A stretch of DNA of 64,000 nucleotides, from assembly GCA_030704615.1 (NCBI GenBank), contig CM060731.1:48670001-48734000 (forward strand), read 5' to 3'. A program made the translations under genes and the position numbers. Source of the DNA: Takakia lepidozioides. Its lineage: Eukaryota; Plantae; Bryophyta. Below the pieces are notes generated by a model. The model was given only the letters and a program-made list of their open reading frames with translations. It was not told the origin of the DNA and searched no databases. This document shows positions 1 to 12,500 of this stretch, in pieces (position 1 is the first letter of the stretch; every line of letters starts with the position of its first letter).

Positions 1-2
1 GA

Positions 3-649
3 CAAGAATGGAATGTAGCATGTGTTGATAGTGACATTCATCCTCACAAGCTGAAGACTCCAGTGAAAACCAAGTTTGCTTCCAAATTGATCATCTTTCA
101 AGAAACTTTGGAATTTCGGCAAGCTATCATTACTTGTTATTCTAGGCAGGCTTCACTGTCTTTGCAATCTCGCATACCAAGCCCACAAGTGTGGGCAATT
201 GCAAAGTCTATTTCCACGGTTCTCGGACCTGTGGTTCATGAGTGTGTTATAAACCAGTCCGGCGGATACTGGCTGTTGTCTGATGCTCTTGCTGCAGCAA
301 TTACAACTTATGTACGCATGTGAGCCGAGAGTGTTCGAAGCTTGGGTACAGTGGATTATCACATTGGGGATTTTGATGCAGAGTTGCAATTGTTAGAATG
401 GCGGATGGCTCAGGAGATGGTGCATGTATTGGGGCAATTTCTCTCATTTTTTGAAGGAGTTCAACCATTAAAAGCCCACAATATGTTGGCGCTGATGCTT
501 GATCCGCGTTTCAAGGGATTATCCTTGGTGACACAATATGTGGGCAGAGAACATGGACGTATCATTATTCGGCAATATGACACCTTGGTGTTGGAGCCTC
601 TTTCGGTCAAATGTTTCAAGATCATTCACCCGGATACTACGACCCAGCC
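3..649 (+). pseudogene. hAT transposase, middle part (in-frame TGA at 321-323)
   Basis: Reads KLKTPVKTKF...HNMLALMLDPRFK (hAT LDPR motif). ORFs 63..323 and 342..743 share a frame. The reading frame rejoins 8689 once the LTR element and one TSD copy are removed (PDTTTQP|EPDS). Confidence 0.88.
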
Positions 650-1375
650 TGTCATGGCCCTTTCCCTTGAGGGCAGGGGGTCGGGACGCAGAGGGGCTGC
701 CCCTGTGGTGGGGGCGGTGGCAGCAATAGGTACGGGGGGCTGAAGCACCCTTGAGTGCCTTGGGCACTCAAGGAGGCGGAGGCGCTCACTAGGTGGAGCC
801 CCGCACACCGGGTTGCGGTGGGGGTGGCTCCACAAGGGGTGGTGGTAGCTTAGTGGGACTTAGTGGGGGGTGACATAGGACTCACCATGGAGCGGAGACC
901 TGGTGATGGGAGTCGTGGGGAGTCTTGGGACTCACCACGGTCCAATGGGGCCGTGGTGGGTAGGCCAAGACTCACCGCGACTCATCACCGGGAATCGAGG
1001 GTCTTCGTGGTGGTTCGCCATAAAATGACATGGTTCTTTGTGAAACAACCGCGGACAGTCACAGAAGTATATATAGGGAGTAGTAACCCCGAGAACGGTG
1101 CAAGCCCGTTGGTGACCAATAACTAGTGAGTAAGCGAGCGAGCCGGAAAGCGACCAAAGAGTGGGGAGCTATTCCGGACTGCCATCTACCAAAGGGAATT
1201 TCCACTAGTCCCAAATTGGTGGAGGGTCTGTTGGGGGAAGAAAGGGGGACTGTTATGTCCCGGTGAGCAGCCGAAGCTCCGAGTTGGCCCGGCGGCCAGG
1301 TTGGGAGTTAGGCGCACGCATCAAAGCGAGTAACTATGACTTAAAGGGGAGCTTACCAAAGTGAGGTGCACGACA
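650..1375 (+). repeat. 5' LTR of element A
   Basis: Bounded by TG...CA. Positions 880-1375 match 8188-8683 with about 20 substitutions (counted by eye). A TATA-like GTATATATAG lies near 1067. Confidence 0.93.
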
Positions 1376-1377
1376 CT

Positions 1378-1389
1378 TGGTATCAGAGC
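1378..1389 (+). promoter_or_regulatory. Primer binding site (initiator tRNA-Met type)
   Basis: TGGTATCAGAGC lies 2 nt downstream of the LTR end. Confidence 0.92.
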
Positions 1390-1700
1390 TTAGAGTTCAG
1401 TACGCGATCGTCCTTGGGATCGGCCTCATGTGGTCGGGCAAGCCAAAATAAAAGCGGAACGGCCCGAAAGATGATGATCCTGGTGAGCCCGATGGGGGCG
1501 ACGTGTCACCGAAGCGGCCATTTGAGGAAGCGATGCATGCTTTTGAAAATGAGGCCACTCAAAAACGGGAGGAATCTGAGGAGTCGGAGCCCGAGGAATC
1601 TCTGAGAGCTCCGAGAGACCAACAGATGCCTCCCATGGGAAGGGTTGTTGGCGCAGTTTGGCGGGACGTTGAAAGACGTGTTGAAGGCGGCTAATTTAAG

Positions 1701-2470
1701 GTGAAGCCTAAGGAACTCGGCACCTTCGAGGGCGTCCAAAATCGGAAGGCACTCAACACCTGGCTCTTGGAGCTAGAGCAGTACTTCCGGGCAGCCAAGT
1801 TGAGTGACGAGGATCGGGTGGAAGTGGCTCCCAACTATTTGAGGGCTTTGCTCAACAATGGTGGCAGAAACGCCTTCACGACCGAGGTCCAAACCCGGAA
1901 ACCTTGAACTGGAGTGGGTTCAAGGAACTGATGAAGAGACAGTTTGTGCCCCTCAACGCGTCCTGGCTTGCCCAGGACAAGATGAGGAATCTGAAGCAAA
2001 CGGATGATATTCGGGGATATGTTCAGGTTTTCAATGTGCTGTTGCTCGAAGTCGCATACATGGCAGAACCAGAAATGGTCTTCAACTTTGTGGCGGGACT
2101 GGCCCCATAGGCCAAACGGAAGTTGGAGGAGAAGCCACTTAAGACTTTGAACGAAGCAATTGAGAGGGTTGAATGTTTCTCGGATGTCCCTAGGGGCGAA
2201 AGACAAGGCCGTACGGAGCTGAACCACAAGAAGACCCGGCGGGAGGGTGACTCTTTTCGACCGGAAAAGAAGTGGGATAAGCCACGTGGCGACAATGGCA
2301 CTTGGAAATCGAAGGGAGGGCCTTCACATGCCAAGACGACACCCGGTGCTCCGAAAGGAAAATCAGGTGCGACGCCTTATGGCGGACAAAATGCGACCTT
2401 CGATGGAGTGTGATTCAATTGTGGGGAGTCCGGGCACATCGCCAAGAAGTGTACGAATCCCCGACAATTG
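1701..2470 (+). pseudogene. gag of element A (frameshifted) with CCHC zinc knuckle
   Basis: Contains WLLELEQYF and WSGFKELMKRQF. The knuckle reads *FNCGESGHIAKKC at about 2411-2452, with the first Cys replaced by TGA. Confidence 0.85.
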
Positions 2471-2599
2471 AATATGACTCGGGCAACCACGGAGTTGTCC
2501 GAAGCTTCCATCAGCCGCTTGGTGGAGGCGGTGGTCACCAAGACTTGCAAGGTAGGCAACTACTTTGTGACTTATATCAGGAAACTGGCGCCTTGCGTA

Positions 2600-4635
2600 A
2601 AGGGAGTCAGTTAATGTTTGTGAGTGGGATAATCTCCGGAACTAACGTGTCAATGTTGGTGGACACAGAAGCGTCGCACTCCTTCATGACACCGGCAACG
2701 GCACGGAAGCTGGGACTCCTGACAAGTGATGTGGGGGCCTCTATTGAGGTGCGTTCTGCTAAAGGAGAACCACAATTGGCGACGAGGTTGGCATTCGATG
2801 TTCCTCTTCAGCACGGGAGTTGGGAGGGATGTGAGAACTTCACCATTTGTGAGATCGATGGAGTGGATCTCATTTTGGGGATGACATTTTTGAGCAGATC
2901 CGGAGCGGTCATAGATGGCTGCAAGAGGGTAGTCACGCTACCGTGTGGGAATGGTGGCGAAGTTTTTTGAGTGTCAGAAACGCCCAACCCCGTGGGAGGG
3001 CGAATAAACCTTCTGACAGCAAAGGAGTGGGCCGTGGAGGAGTTACACGAGCCCCAGTTTTTGTTTTATGTAAGATCCTTCCTAGGACTTGCCTCCTATT
3101 ACCGGAAGTATGTGAGAAATTTTGAAAAGATAGCGGGGCCATTGTCAGACTTCATGTGTAAATCCAAAGTCTGGGTATGGAACATCTTTTGTGGCCAAGC
3201 TTTTGCCGAGTTAAAGCAGCAGATGGCGGAAGCTCCAGTCCTCAAAATTCCGGAGTTCGACCGTCCATTTGATATCCATACAGATGCGTCGGACTTCGTA
3301 ATTGGGGGTGTACTCATGCAAGATGGACGTCCAGTGGCTTACGAAAGTAAGAAACTGAATGAAGTGGAGCGACGGTGGCCTACGCACGAGAAAGAAATGA
3401 AGGCGGTGGTGCATTGCCTTGAGCTTTGGCGCCACTATATTGGTTCCAACCCGGTGAAGGTGTTCATGGACAATGTTACGGTGAAGTATTTTGCCACGCA
3501 GCCTAAGTTGTCCCCAAAACAAATTAGGTGGCAAGACACTTTGGCACTGTTCGATGTGGATATCCAGTATAAACCGGGACGAGACAATGTGGTGGCCGAT
3601 GCTTTAAGTAGAAAGCAGCAGCTTATGATGGTGTACAGGGGCGAGACGGTGCTCCAAAGGAAGATCCGGAAGGTGTACCAGAAGGATGAGATGGCGAAGT
3701 CAGTGATGCGGGACTTGAGGATGGGGGTTGAATCGCAGTTCCACTTGCAAAATAGACTGCTCCGGTACAAGCAAAAGCGTCTCTACGTGCCGAAGGGAGG
3801 GATCAAAGATAGTCTCTTAAGAGAATGCCATGATGGTCCGCTTGCGGGCCACGGCGGAGCCAAGCGCACCGCGGTACTCTTGAAGAAAGAGTATTTCTGG
3901 CCCAAACTGAGGGAGGAGGCCGAGGACTATGTCAAGACATGCACCACATGCCAACAAAACCGGAGCGAGTACAAAAAGCAAGCGGGGCTGTTACAACCCT
4001 TGTCGATTCCAGAGAGGTCTTGGGAAAGTGTCTCGATGGATTTCATGACTGCTATGCCGCTGTCAAAAGGATTCAATGCAATCATGGTGGTGGTGGATAG
4101 GTTCATTAAAATGGGTCATTTCATCCCCACCAAGGAGACGACAACGGCACATGAGACGGGGCGACTTTACTTCGCCCACGTCTTCAAGCATCATGGACTC
4201 CCGAAGGATATTGTCTCGGACCGCGATCCAAGTTTAGGAGTAAATTTTGGAGGGCACTTTGGAAGAAGATGGGGACGACGCTCAAGATGAGCACCGCCTT
4301 CCGACCTACGACGGACGGCCAAACAGAAAGGGTGAATTCCGTGGTGAAACAGATCTTGCGGAATTACGTGTCGGCAGACCAATCGGACTGGGTGGAGCAC
4401 TTGGATGTGGCAGAGTTATGTTATAATAACACAAACCATTCCACAACGGGAGTTTCCCCCTTCGTATTGGTTTATGGAAAAGCACCTCTGGTGCCGACAA
4501 GTTGGGCCGCCCAAGACGTTGAGGAACCGGCAGCAGCGGCAGTGCTGGAAGAACGCGAGTGTTTGTTGAAGCTCGCAAAGTACAACATTGCCAAAGCTAG
4601 GAAACGGTATGAACGACAGGCGAATCGGAAGCGGA
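2600..4635 (+). pseudogene. pol of element A: protease, RNase H and integrase, with the RT core missing
   Basis: Protease motif LVDTEASHSF. The frame jumps to VRSFLGLASYYR near 3070. RNase H motif TDASD...AYESKKL. Integrase HHCC (H..AGH..CTTC) and SMDF/VVVDRF/SDRD/DGQTER motifs follow. Confidence 0.92.
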
Positions 4636-5795
4636 TGTCAAGGACGAGAACATGACTGAACACAAACAAGATATAAGACTAGAGGTACAAGGCTAGACAA
4701 GAAGTCAAGGTCGGCGTGGCCGAATGCACAACCATGGACCCTTGGGAATGGGTAATGGTTGAAGAAGGCCGTAAGGTCGATGTCGTGGTCCCTTCGCTCT
4801 AGCACACGTGTCGCAAGATTTTATAAATTCTTTTACGAATTTCCACATCTGCGGCCACCAATAGTCCCTAGATATTAACTCCATTATTTTGTTGAAGCCG
4901 AAATGTCCTACAGCCGGAAGATGACATGTTTGAAAAATTTGAAGTCGTGTAGGTCTGGAGGTACATAGAGAAGTCCCTTGAAGTAAAGTAAGCCATCTTT
5001 GAATTCGAAGTCGTTTGTAACATGTGGGTTGTCTCGAGGTTGATTTAGTTGACTTCGTAGTGTCGTAGCAAAATGGTCGCTCTTCAGTGCTTTCTGAATC
5101 TCCTTTATGATCTCTGCATCGTCATAGGTGGACATGGATAGCATATTCAATTGGAGATTTGCTGGTTTCAGGATGATGGATTTTTGTTGGTCAAAAGCTG
5201 CATCCCCTTCTTTTGGCACAAGATACGATCGTCGAGAGAGAGCATCTGGTTTTCCTTGAAGATGTCCGAGACGGTAGGTAATAACAAAATCAAACCTTGC
5301 TAGTGACATAATCCATCTCGCTTGACGTCGATTCAAAACACTAGCACTCATAAAATATTCGAGGTTTTTGTGATCGGTATAGACAGTGACCTGATGTTTA
5401 GCTCTCTCCAATAGATGATGTCACTCCTCAAAAGCATCGATAATCGCTAGAAGTTCTTTGTCATGGATTTCATAATTGATCTCCGCAGCGGAAAATTTGC
5501 GAGAACGAAAACCAACAGGGTGGAGTCGGCCATCTGTACCGTATTGTGAGAGTACCGCGCTAAGTGCAAAGTCCGATGCATTTGCTTCTAAGAAGAATGG
5601 TTTAGATGGGTTTGTATGTACGAGTATTGGAGCCGTTGTAAATGCCTGCTTCAGCCTTTCAAATGTCTCGTCAGCCTTCTCCTCGCATACAAATTTGTCT
5701 TTCCATGTGAGTCGTGTCAATGGTGCAGCAATTTGGGAGTAGTCATTGATGAAGATTCTATAGAAATTTGCAAAACCGAGAAAATATTGAAGCAC
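4636..5795 (-). mobile_element. Nested gypsy element B, 3' part: RNase H, integrase N-terminus (truncated) and LTR end
   Basis: Minus-strand motifs FLGFANFYR, NASDFAL, YEIHDKELLAI, TDHKNL, CDTC and GLLQPLPIP. These are followed by about 100 bp ending in TGACA at 4636. Confidence 0.88.
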
Positions 5796-6169
5796 GTAGC
5801 TTCCGCGTTAGCCCGCACTACAAGACAACCCCCTCGGTAGCGCAATTATAGTACGCGCACGCGCCAGGTGCGCACTAGCACGTGAACTCCCAAAAAAGGC
5901 GTAAGTTTCCTTGCCCCTTGGGTGGGAGTCACCCGATTTCGACACTGCGCAAACACACGATTAACCCAATTTACCTCTCCCATTTTTGTAAGCTAGCATG
6001 CATTCTACACAGTAGCCAACCATACCATGCATCACCATTCCAAACAAAATATGACGCACAACATTTGGAAATCATTTCACAATACAAGTTTTTGCAATCG
6101 GATTCCTGAGCTAGCTAAGTCGGGCTAAGCATACATTTCCTCTCCCACGCTCCAAGGTTGATGTCCCCA

Positions 6170-6622
6170 TCAACGCTTCTTCCGCTTTTGAGGTCGCCCT
6201 TCGAAAGCTGCAACCGCCTCGGATGCGTTCCCCATTTCTGAGGCACGCACCCAAGATGTCTTCACATGATGATAGTCATTCTATTTCACGAGATACTCCG
6301 TTTCTCGATTCTTGAACCTCCTCGACTTAAGCACTGCCTCCACCTCATACTCAGGTTCATTTTCATGATCCAACAGCACAGGTGGCGGACGCAACACTTG
6401 ATGCCGATTCAGACGCGCTTCATCTATGAAGTAAGGCTTCAAAAGGGAGACGTGGAATACCGGAAGCACCTTGCTGTTTGCCGGCAGCTCCAATTCATAC
6501 ACATCCTCATTAATAACCTTCCGGATGCGAACGGGTCCCGCATATGGAGGTACGAACTTCGGACTCACTTCCGGAGGTAGTCGAAAATTCTTGATCACCA
6601 AATACAACGATCCATTAGACAT
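6170..6622 (-). pseudogene. Integrase C-terminus (GPY/F) plus chromodomain, probably of element A, now inverted
   Basis: Reads YAGPVRI...VFHVSLLKP...EYEVEAVLKSR...EYLVK*NDY...SWV. It continues the integrase that is broken at 4635. Confidence 0.82.
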
Positions 6623-6624
6623 CC

Positions 6625-8160
6625 GGTAATGATCCTATGCAAATTGATGCTGTCCGTTTCAAGCCATTGACGCCACATGAAAAACAAAGACGGCGCTCGA
6701 ATGGATTATGTCTTTATTGCGGAGAAAATGATCACATGGCATTAAACTGACCCAACAAGAGAAGATTCAAAGCTCGAGGCACCACTCAAGTGTTCGATAC
6801 GAGGAGGTCGAAAAACGAAGATGTCCAGTCACAGTAAGGACCATGCGGCTGGATACCCCAAATTCAATACCAAAAAAATGTCTCTTTCTACCTCCAGACC
6901 CTGTATCTTGTTTCACAGTTCCAGTAAAGATCAGGATGCAAAATTGAGATATCTCCGTAGAAGCACTTTTGGACTCGGGCGCTTCAGCGTGTTTTATTGA
7001 CAAAGACTTTGCGAAGCAACACAATTTAACGCTCGTAAGAAAGAAATTCTCGGCCCCTGTTGAAGTTATCGATGGACGACCGTTAGCATCAGGAAATGTT
7101 AACCATGAAACTCGACCCCTTGAAGTGAAGCTTAAAAATCAAGCATCACAGATTGTTTTCAATGTCATCCAGTCTCCAACGAATCATGTGATCCTTGGAC
7201 TTCCCTGGTTTGTACTTCATAATCCTGACATTGACTGACAATCACGAAAAATTTCGGCAAGACAAAAATGCAAAAGTACCAAAGGTATTCAACCCCTGTT
7301 TCTTGGAGCTAGAGCCTTTATGAGAGCTACCAAAAAAGAGGCGGCATTTGCACTTTATACGACTCCGATCAAGACCACAACAGACAAATGTACTTCAACA
7401 TACCCGCTCAATATCGAGATTTCAAAGATGTCTCCGAGAAGAAAAATGTAGACATATTGCCAGAACATCGACCTTATGACTGTGTAATTGAGTTACAAGA
7501 AGGAGCCCAACCACCATTCGGCCCAATCTATAACTTATCCCATACAGAGTTGGCTGCATTACCCGGATACATTGATGAAAATTTGTCAAAGCACTTCATC
7601 TGACATTCAAAATCACCCACGGGGGCGCCTATCTTGTTGTGAAAAAGAAGGACGGATCATTACGCATGTATGTCGACTATCGCGGTCTCAACAAAGTCAC
7701 AATCAAGAATCGTTATCCGTTGCCACTGATTTATGGGCTTTTCGACCAGCTGGGACGAGCGAAGATTTTCACCAAAATCGACTTGAGATGAGCTTATAAC
7801 CTTGTACGGATAAAAGAAGGAGACGAATGGAAAATAGCTTTTCAAACAAAGTATGGACATTTTGAATACAGTGTTATGCCTTTCGGTTTTACAAATGCTC
7901 CAGCAATTTTCCAACATATGATGAATGACATCTTTCGAGAATTTTTAGATGATTTTGTAGTCATATATTTGGACGACATTTTGATATTTTCACAGAACGA
8001 AGAAGAACATGGCCGCCATGTACGCATTGTTCTTAATAAATTAAGAGAAAAATGACTATATGCCAAGTTGGAGAAATGTCTTTTCCATCAATCTGAGGTC
8101 GAATTTCTGGGCTATCTGTTGGAGAAATGTCATTTCCGACAAAGGCGTCTTTATGGATTA
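6625..8160 (+). mobile_element. Nested gypsy element B, 5' part: gag end, protease and RT (inverted relative to its 3' part)
   Basis: Motifs [54 protein letters not shown] and EFLGY, with many stops and frameshifts. Confidence 0.9.
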
Positions 8161-8187
8161 GTCACCCCCACTAAGTCCCACTAAGCT

Positions 8188-8683
8188 ACTCACCATGGGG
8201 CGGAGACCTGGTGGTGGGAGTCGTGGGGAGTCTTGGGACTCACCACGGTCCAATGGGGCCGTGGTGGGTGGGCCAAGACTCACCGCGACTCATCATCGGG
8301 AATCGAGGGTCTTCGTGGTGGTTCGCCATAAAATGACATGGTTGTTTGTGAAACCCTCGCGAACAGTCACAGAAGTATATATAGGGAGTAGTAACCCCGA
8401 GAACGGTGCAAGCCCATTGGTGACCAAAAACTAGTGAGTAAACGAGCGAGCCGGAAAGCGACCAAAGAGTGGGGAGCTATTCCGGACTGCCATCTACCAA
8501 AGGGAATTTCCACTAGTCCCAAATTGGTGGAGGGTCTGTTGGGGGAAGAAAGGGGGACCGTTATGTCCCGGTGAGTAGCCGAAGCTCCGAGTTGGCCCGG
8601 CGGCTAGGTTGGGAGTTAGGCGCGCGCATCAAAGCGAGTAACTATGACTTGAAGGGGAGCTTACTGAAGTGAGGTGCGTGACA
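8188..8683 (+). repeat. 3' LTR of element A (5'-truncated)
   Basis: Direct repeat of about 880-1375. Ends in TGACA followed by the TSD. Confidence 0.92.
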
Positions 8684-8688
8684 CAGCC

Positions 8689-9142
8689 GGAGCCAGATTC
8701 CACTCAGGATGACATATCATTGTTTAGTTTGGAGAAGCCATGTGAGGATATGGCATTGATGGTGGTGAGAGATCAGCTTGTGCATTTCCGAAGGAAAAAT
8801 GTCACTAACACTGAGTGTAGTGCTCCTTTGAAATGGTGGAAAGAGCACGAATTTGTATTTCCATATGTGAGATATTTGACACGTCTCCTGTTGGGCATTG
8901 TTGGGTCTCACATTGAATGTGAGAGGGTTTTTAGCATTGCAGGTGTTATTACAAACTTGCGACGTTGCAAGTTAGGTATTCAGAACCTTGATATGCTTGT
9001 GAGCATTGTCAAAAATTGGCCGAATGATGCTCCTGTTGGTTGCATGAGCTCTTCCATGAACGAGTTTTTGAACAGTGAGGAAGTCCTCTTAGATGACAAC
9101 GAGGAGTTGATTGTAGAGGCCGAGTTGTTTGAGATAGAATGA
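8689..9142 (+). pseudogene. hAT transposase C-terminal dimerization domain
   Basis: Reads PLKWWKEHEFVFP...LLGIVGSHIECERVFSIAG...RRCKL. Confidence 0.92.
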
Positions 9143-9537
9143 TTTCTTTGTGTACTCTACACTACTTTACACACATTGATTTATACTCATTTACTTTGTA
9201 TTATTATTATTTCATAAAATTGTTTATGAATGTTGTGTTGTTTCTTTTCAATATGGTCAAAATATTTGATATAACTAATGGGGATTCACAAATCATTTTC
9301 AGATTTATCAAAAAACGATCAAATTTTTTATTTATATATATATATGTAAATTCAAAAAATAGAGAACCGGAACTGGAAACTGGAACCGGTGGATCCTTCC
9401 CAAAAAATACCCGGAACCAAAACCGGAATCTGCTCATGAATTTTAGAACCGGATCCGGAACCGGAACCGGCTCTTTAAATCTACCAAGGAACCGGAACTG
9501 GCGGTTTCTTCAATATGGCAAGAACCGCACAACACTG

Positions 9538-12500
9538 GTTAGCACGCGGAAATCTCGGCTATCATTATGAAACCTCCCATAACGAAATCTCCGCTGCCGC
9601 ATATGCTGACGACCTAGCTATCATAGCTCACAAACCCCAACACCTCAAACGATAAGTCAGCAAGCTGTTCCGCTTTAACCTATGGTCAGACATGGAACTT
9701 AGCCTCCATAAGTGCGTCGTTACCGCAACAACCCACCACAGTAAATTCACAAAAACCGCAATTGCTTCCCATTGTAAACTCTATATCCATTACCTAGACA
9801 ACCCCTTTCTTTTTTTGGGACCCGATGAGCCTTACACATACTTAGGCATCCAGCTAGTCCCCTCACTTACCTGGCATGTGCAGAAGACCACCACACTTAC
9901 TAAGCTCTCTAACAAAAGCCTGACTCTTCTTAAATCCCCTGTCTCCATTAGACCCAAACTATCAATCATTAGCTTGTGCTTAAGCCACAAGTCCAATACT
10001 CTTTTCACGCCGCTCCCTTCTCCCTACCGGATCTCAAAGTACTAGACAAACACATCACTCAACTAATCAAACGAATATGTGGCTTACCTACCTATACTCC
10101 TAGCGCTCGCATCCAACTCCCAACAGACTGTTACGGTGTCGGCTCGAGCCCCCTTATTATTTCATATGCCCAAACCCTTGGTACCCAGTTACAAGAAGCT
10201 CTCAATGACCCTGGATGCCTGGGACTTATCTACCACGGCCTTCTTAAATTCTTGGCCCACAAATTCAATGTACTACAAACCCTCCCATCTCTTCATTCCC
10301 AATCCTGCCTACACTCCCTTGCGGCTCGTACACTACTCATCCTACGACAAATGCGTATCAGCATACAAAACCGACCTACCCGGCTATCCTAACACGATAT
10401 CACAGCTGGAACACGCTCTAAATACCAGCCCATCCATCTCCCACTTTGAACGCCTTCATCCCCGCCAAAAGCGTCCGCTCCTCACTTATCAAAGAACGGC
10501 ATATCACTCATCTCACCCAACTTACCACCGCCACTGGCACTCAACTTATAACCCCGGGAGAATTCGCACTTAAACACTCTCCTGCCACGGCCAAAACCTG
10601 CAGGTTCCTCCAACACCTACGTACCCTGTTCTGCCACCCATCCGCATCTTGTACCCTTGAATGCGATCTTCTCCGTTCGCTCTTCCCCCATACCTGACTT
10701 ATTGCTTGTCGACAGATCAAGTCCATCTCCCTCTATTCTCCACACGCCTAGGGCCTCCCAAACCTCAGGTACACACGACATTAGAAACACCCCATCCACA
10801 TCTACCTCCCCTATATCCTCTCCCCACCCGGATAGAGACTCCACCCATCCCCATCCCGTCCACATCCATACGCCCTCCCTTACGCAAACTACTTCCACCC
10901 CAGCATTACAACAGATCGCGGTATTTCTGACTGTATATATGACTATTCTGCAGTCATAAACGGTACATATGATTTCTATGACTGTAAGTCGTGCAAACCA
11001 AGTGAATACAATGAGTACAAGATGGTACGGTCCGGATGACTACAGTCAGATAAACCAAGTGATATCTCTCACTGCAGTCATATATACCATCATACTGCAG
11101 TTGCCGCTGCCGCGCCATGTGGCGAGGCGCAATTGATTGAAAATTAAATTAAATTTAAAAAACTAGAAAAATTAAAAATATATGTCGGACGCCGCGTCGC
11201 ACCGCATTGTGCCACGTAACATAATGTATTTTATAATAATGAAAAAACCACGTGGCAACCCATCTAGGCTACCACGTGCTATCCCTAGCTCGCCTACTAA
11301 CCCTATGACCATCTTATCCATTTGATTGTACTTAGAGGAGTTTGAACCTACAACCTCTTTACTATAAGAATTATAGTTCACTACCTGCTAACCAATACAT
11401 CCATTAGTCATTTATGTGATCATATGGTATTTTAATTGTATTATACACACCAAATTATAAAATCCCCAGTAGTCATCATGACTATGTAATCTCATCTATG
11501 TACACTGTAGTCATGGAAATGATTATAAATGGTGAGCTAAATCTGGTCAATTGCCGTTGACCAGCCTTCCGCCCATTCCGGAGCCATGTAGTCATACAGA
11601 CGACTACTTAGATAGTCATTCATATGACTACAGTCGTATGAACGACTGCGGGAAGTCAATTTCATATAAAAACATGGTGCAGTCATGGTCAAAGTCAAGA
11701 AAACCATGACTGCCACGGTTTGGCAGTCATAATTACCGCGATCTGTTGTAGTGCAGCTTCCCCCTCACCCGGCACTCCTGCAACTCATCATGACCACCCA
11801 GATAACCCAGACGCATATGTTATCGAAACCATTCTAGGTATTAAGACCCAAACTTCTACAGACGCATATGGGGACAAATGTGTTGATACATGCCAATGGG
11901 CTGGCTACACAGCTGATGATAACTCATGGCAAATTGAGGACGACCTCTTTGGCTCACATGATGATTGCAACCCCGCCCACAATCTCACACTCCTCACCGC
12001 ATTCCACAAACGTACCAACACTGACTACCTCGCGCATACCCACCAACAACATATCTCCCAAACCCAACCCAAAGATGCCCGTCACGTACATCAACCACTT
12101 ACCGCCCTCAACGTGCACATACATATTACTGAATGCAACCCAAATAAGGATTTCCTGCACACCTCCCCCACAATCTGTCATGGCCCTCGTATGTCCAGTA
12201 TCTACACCTTCAATGGCCGTTTTCTTGGCCTCATTCCCAATAATAGACTAGCATGGCTATGGGCTAAATACTCTATTTCCTCCCCCTGCGACACTTAGAT
12301 CCACCCACCCCGCCAAGACTTCGCTACCAAACTCAGTTGGCTTGTTATCCGCTACGTACAAGACACTCCTCCCAAAAAACCTCGTTCTCTAACAAAACTG
12401 TCACAAGCCTTTGCTCATAATACTCTCCCCCCGGATATCATCTCTATGCTCATTACCACTTTCGAACTCACTCACTCATATTATTCCAGTCCGCTTACAT

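Larger units (their letters stand above)
650..8683 (+). mobile_element. Ty3/gypsy chromovirus LTR retrotransposon A (degenerate, RT deleted, internally rearranged)
   Basis: Termini are TGTCA (650) and TGACA (8683), with the 5-bp TSD CAGCC at 645-649 and 8684-8688. PBS, gag, protease, RNase H, integrase and chromodomain remnants are present. Confidence 0.95.
1..9537 (+). mobile_element. hAT DNA transposon (5' end outside window), interrupted by an LTR retrotransposon
   Basis: Transposase halves lie at 3-649 and 8689-9142. AACCGG subterminal repeats occur at 9364-9500. The right TIR CACAACACTG ends at 9537 and is followed by the 8-bp flank GTTAGCAC. Confidence 0.9.

Noticed and set aside
5796-6150. 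Purine run followed by TGTATG on the minus strand, suggesting the PPT and LTR of a third element
   Set aside because: No second copy or matching end is in the window. It is more simply read as element A's inverted 3' region, though a third element cannot be excluded.
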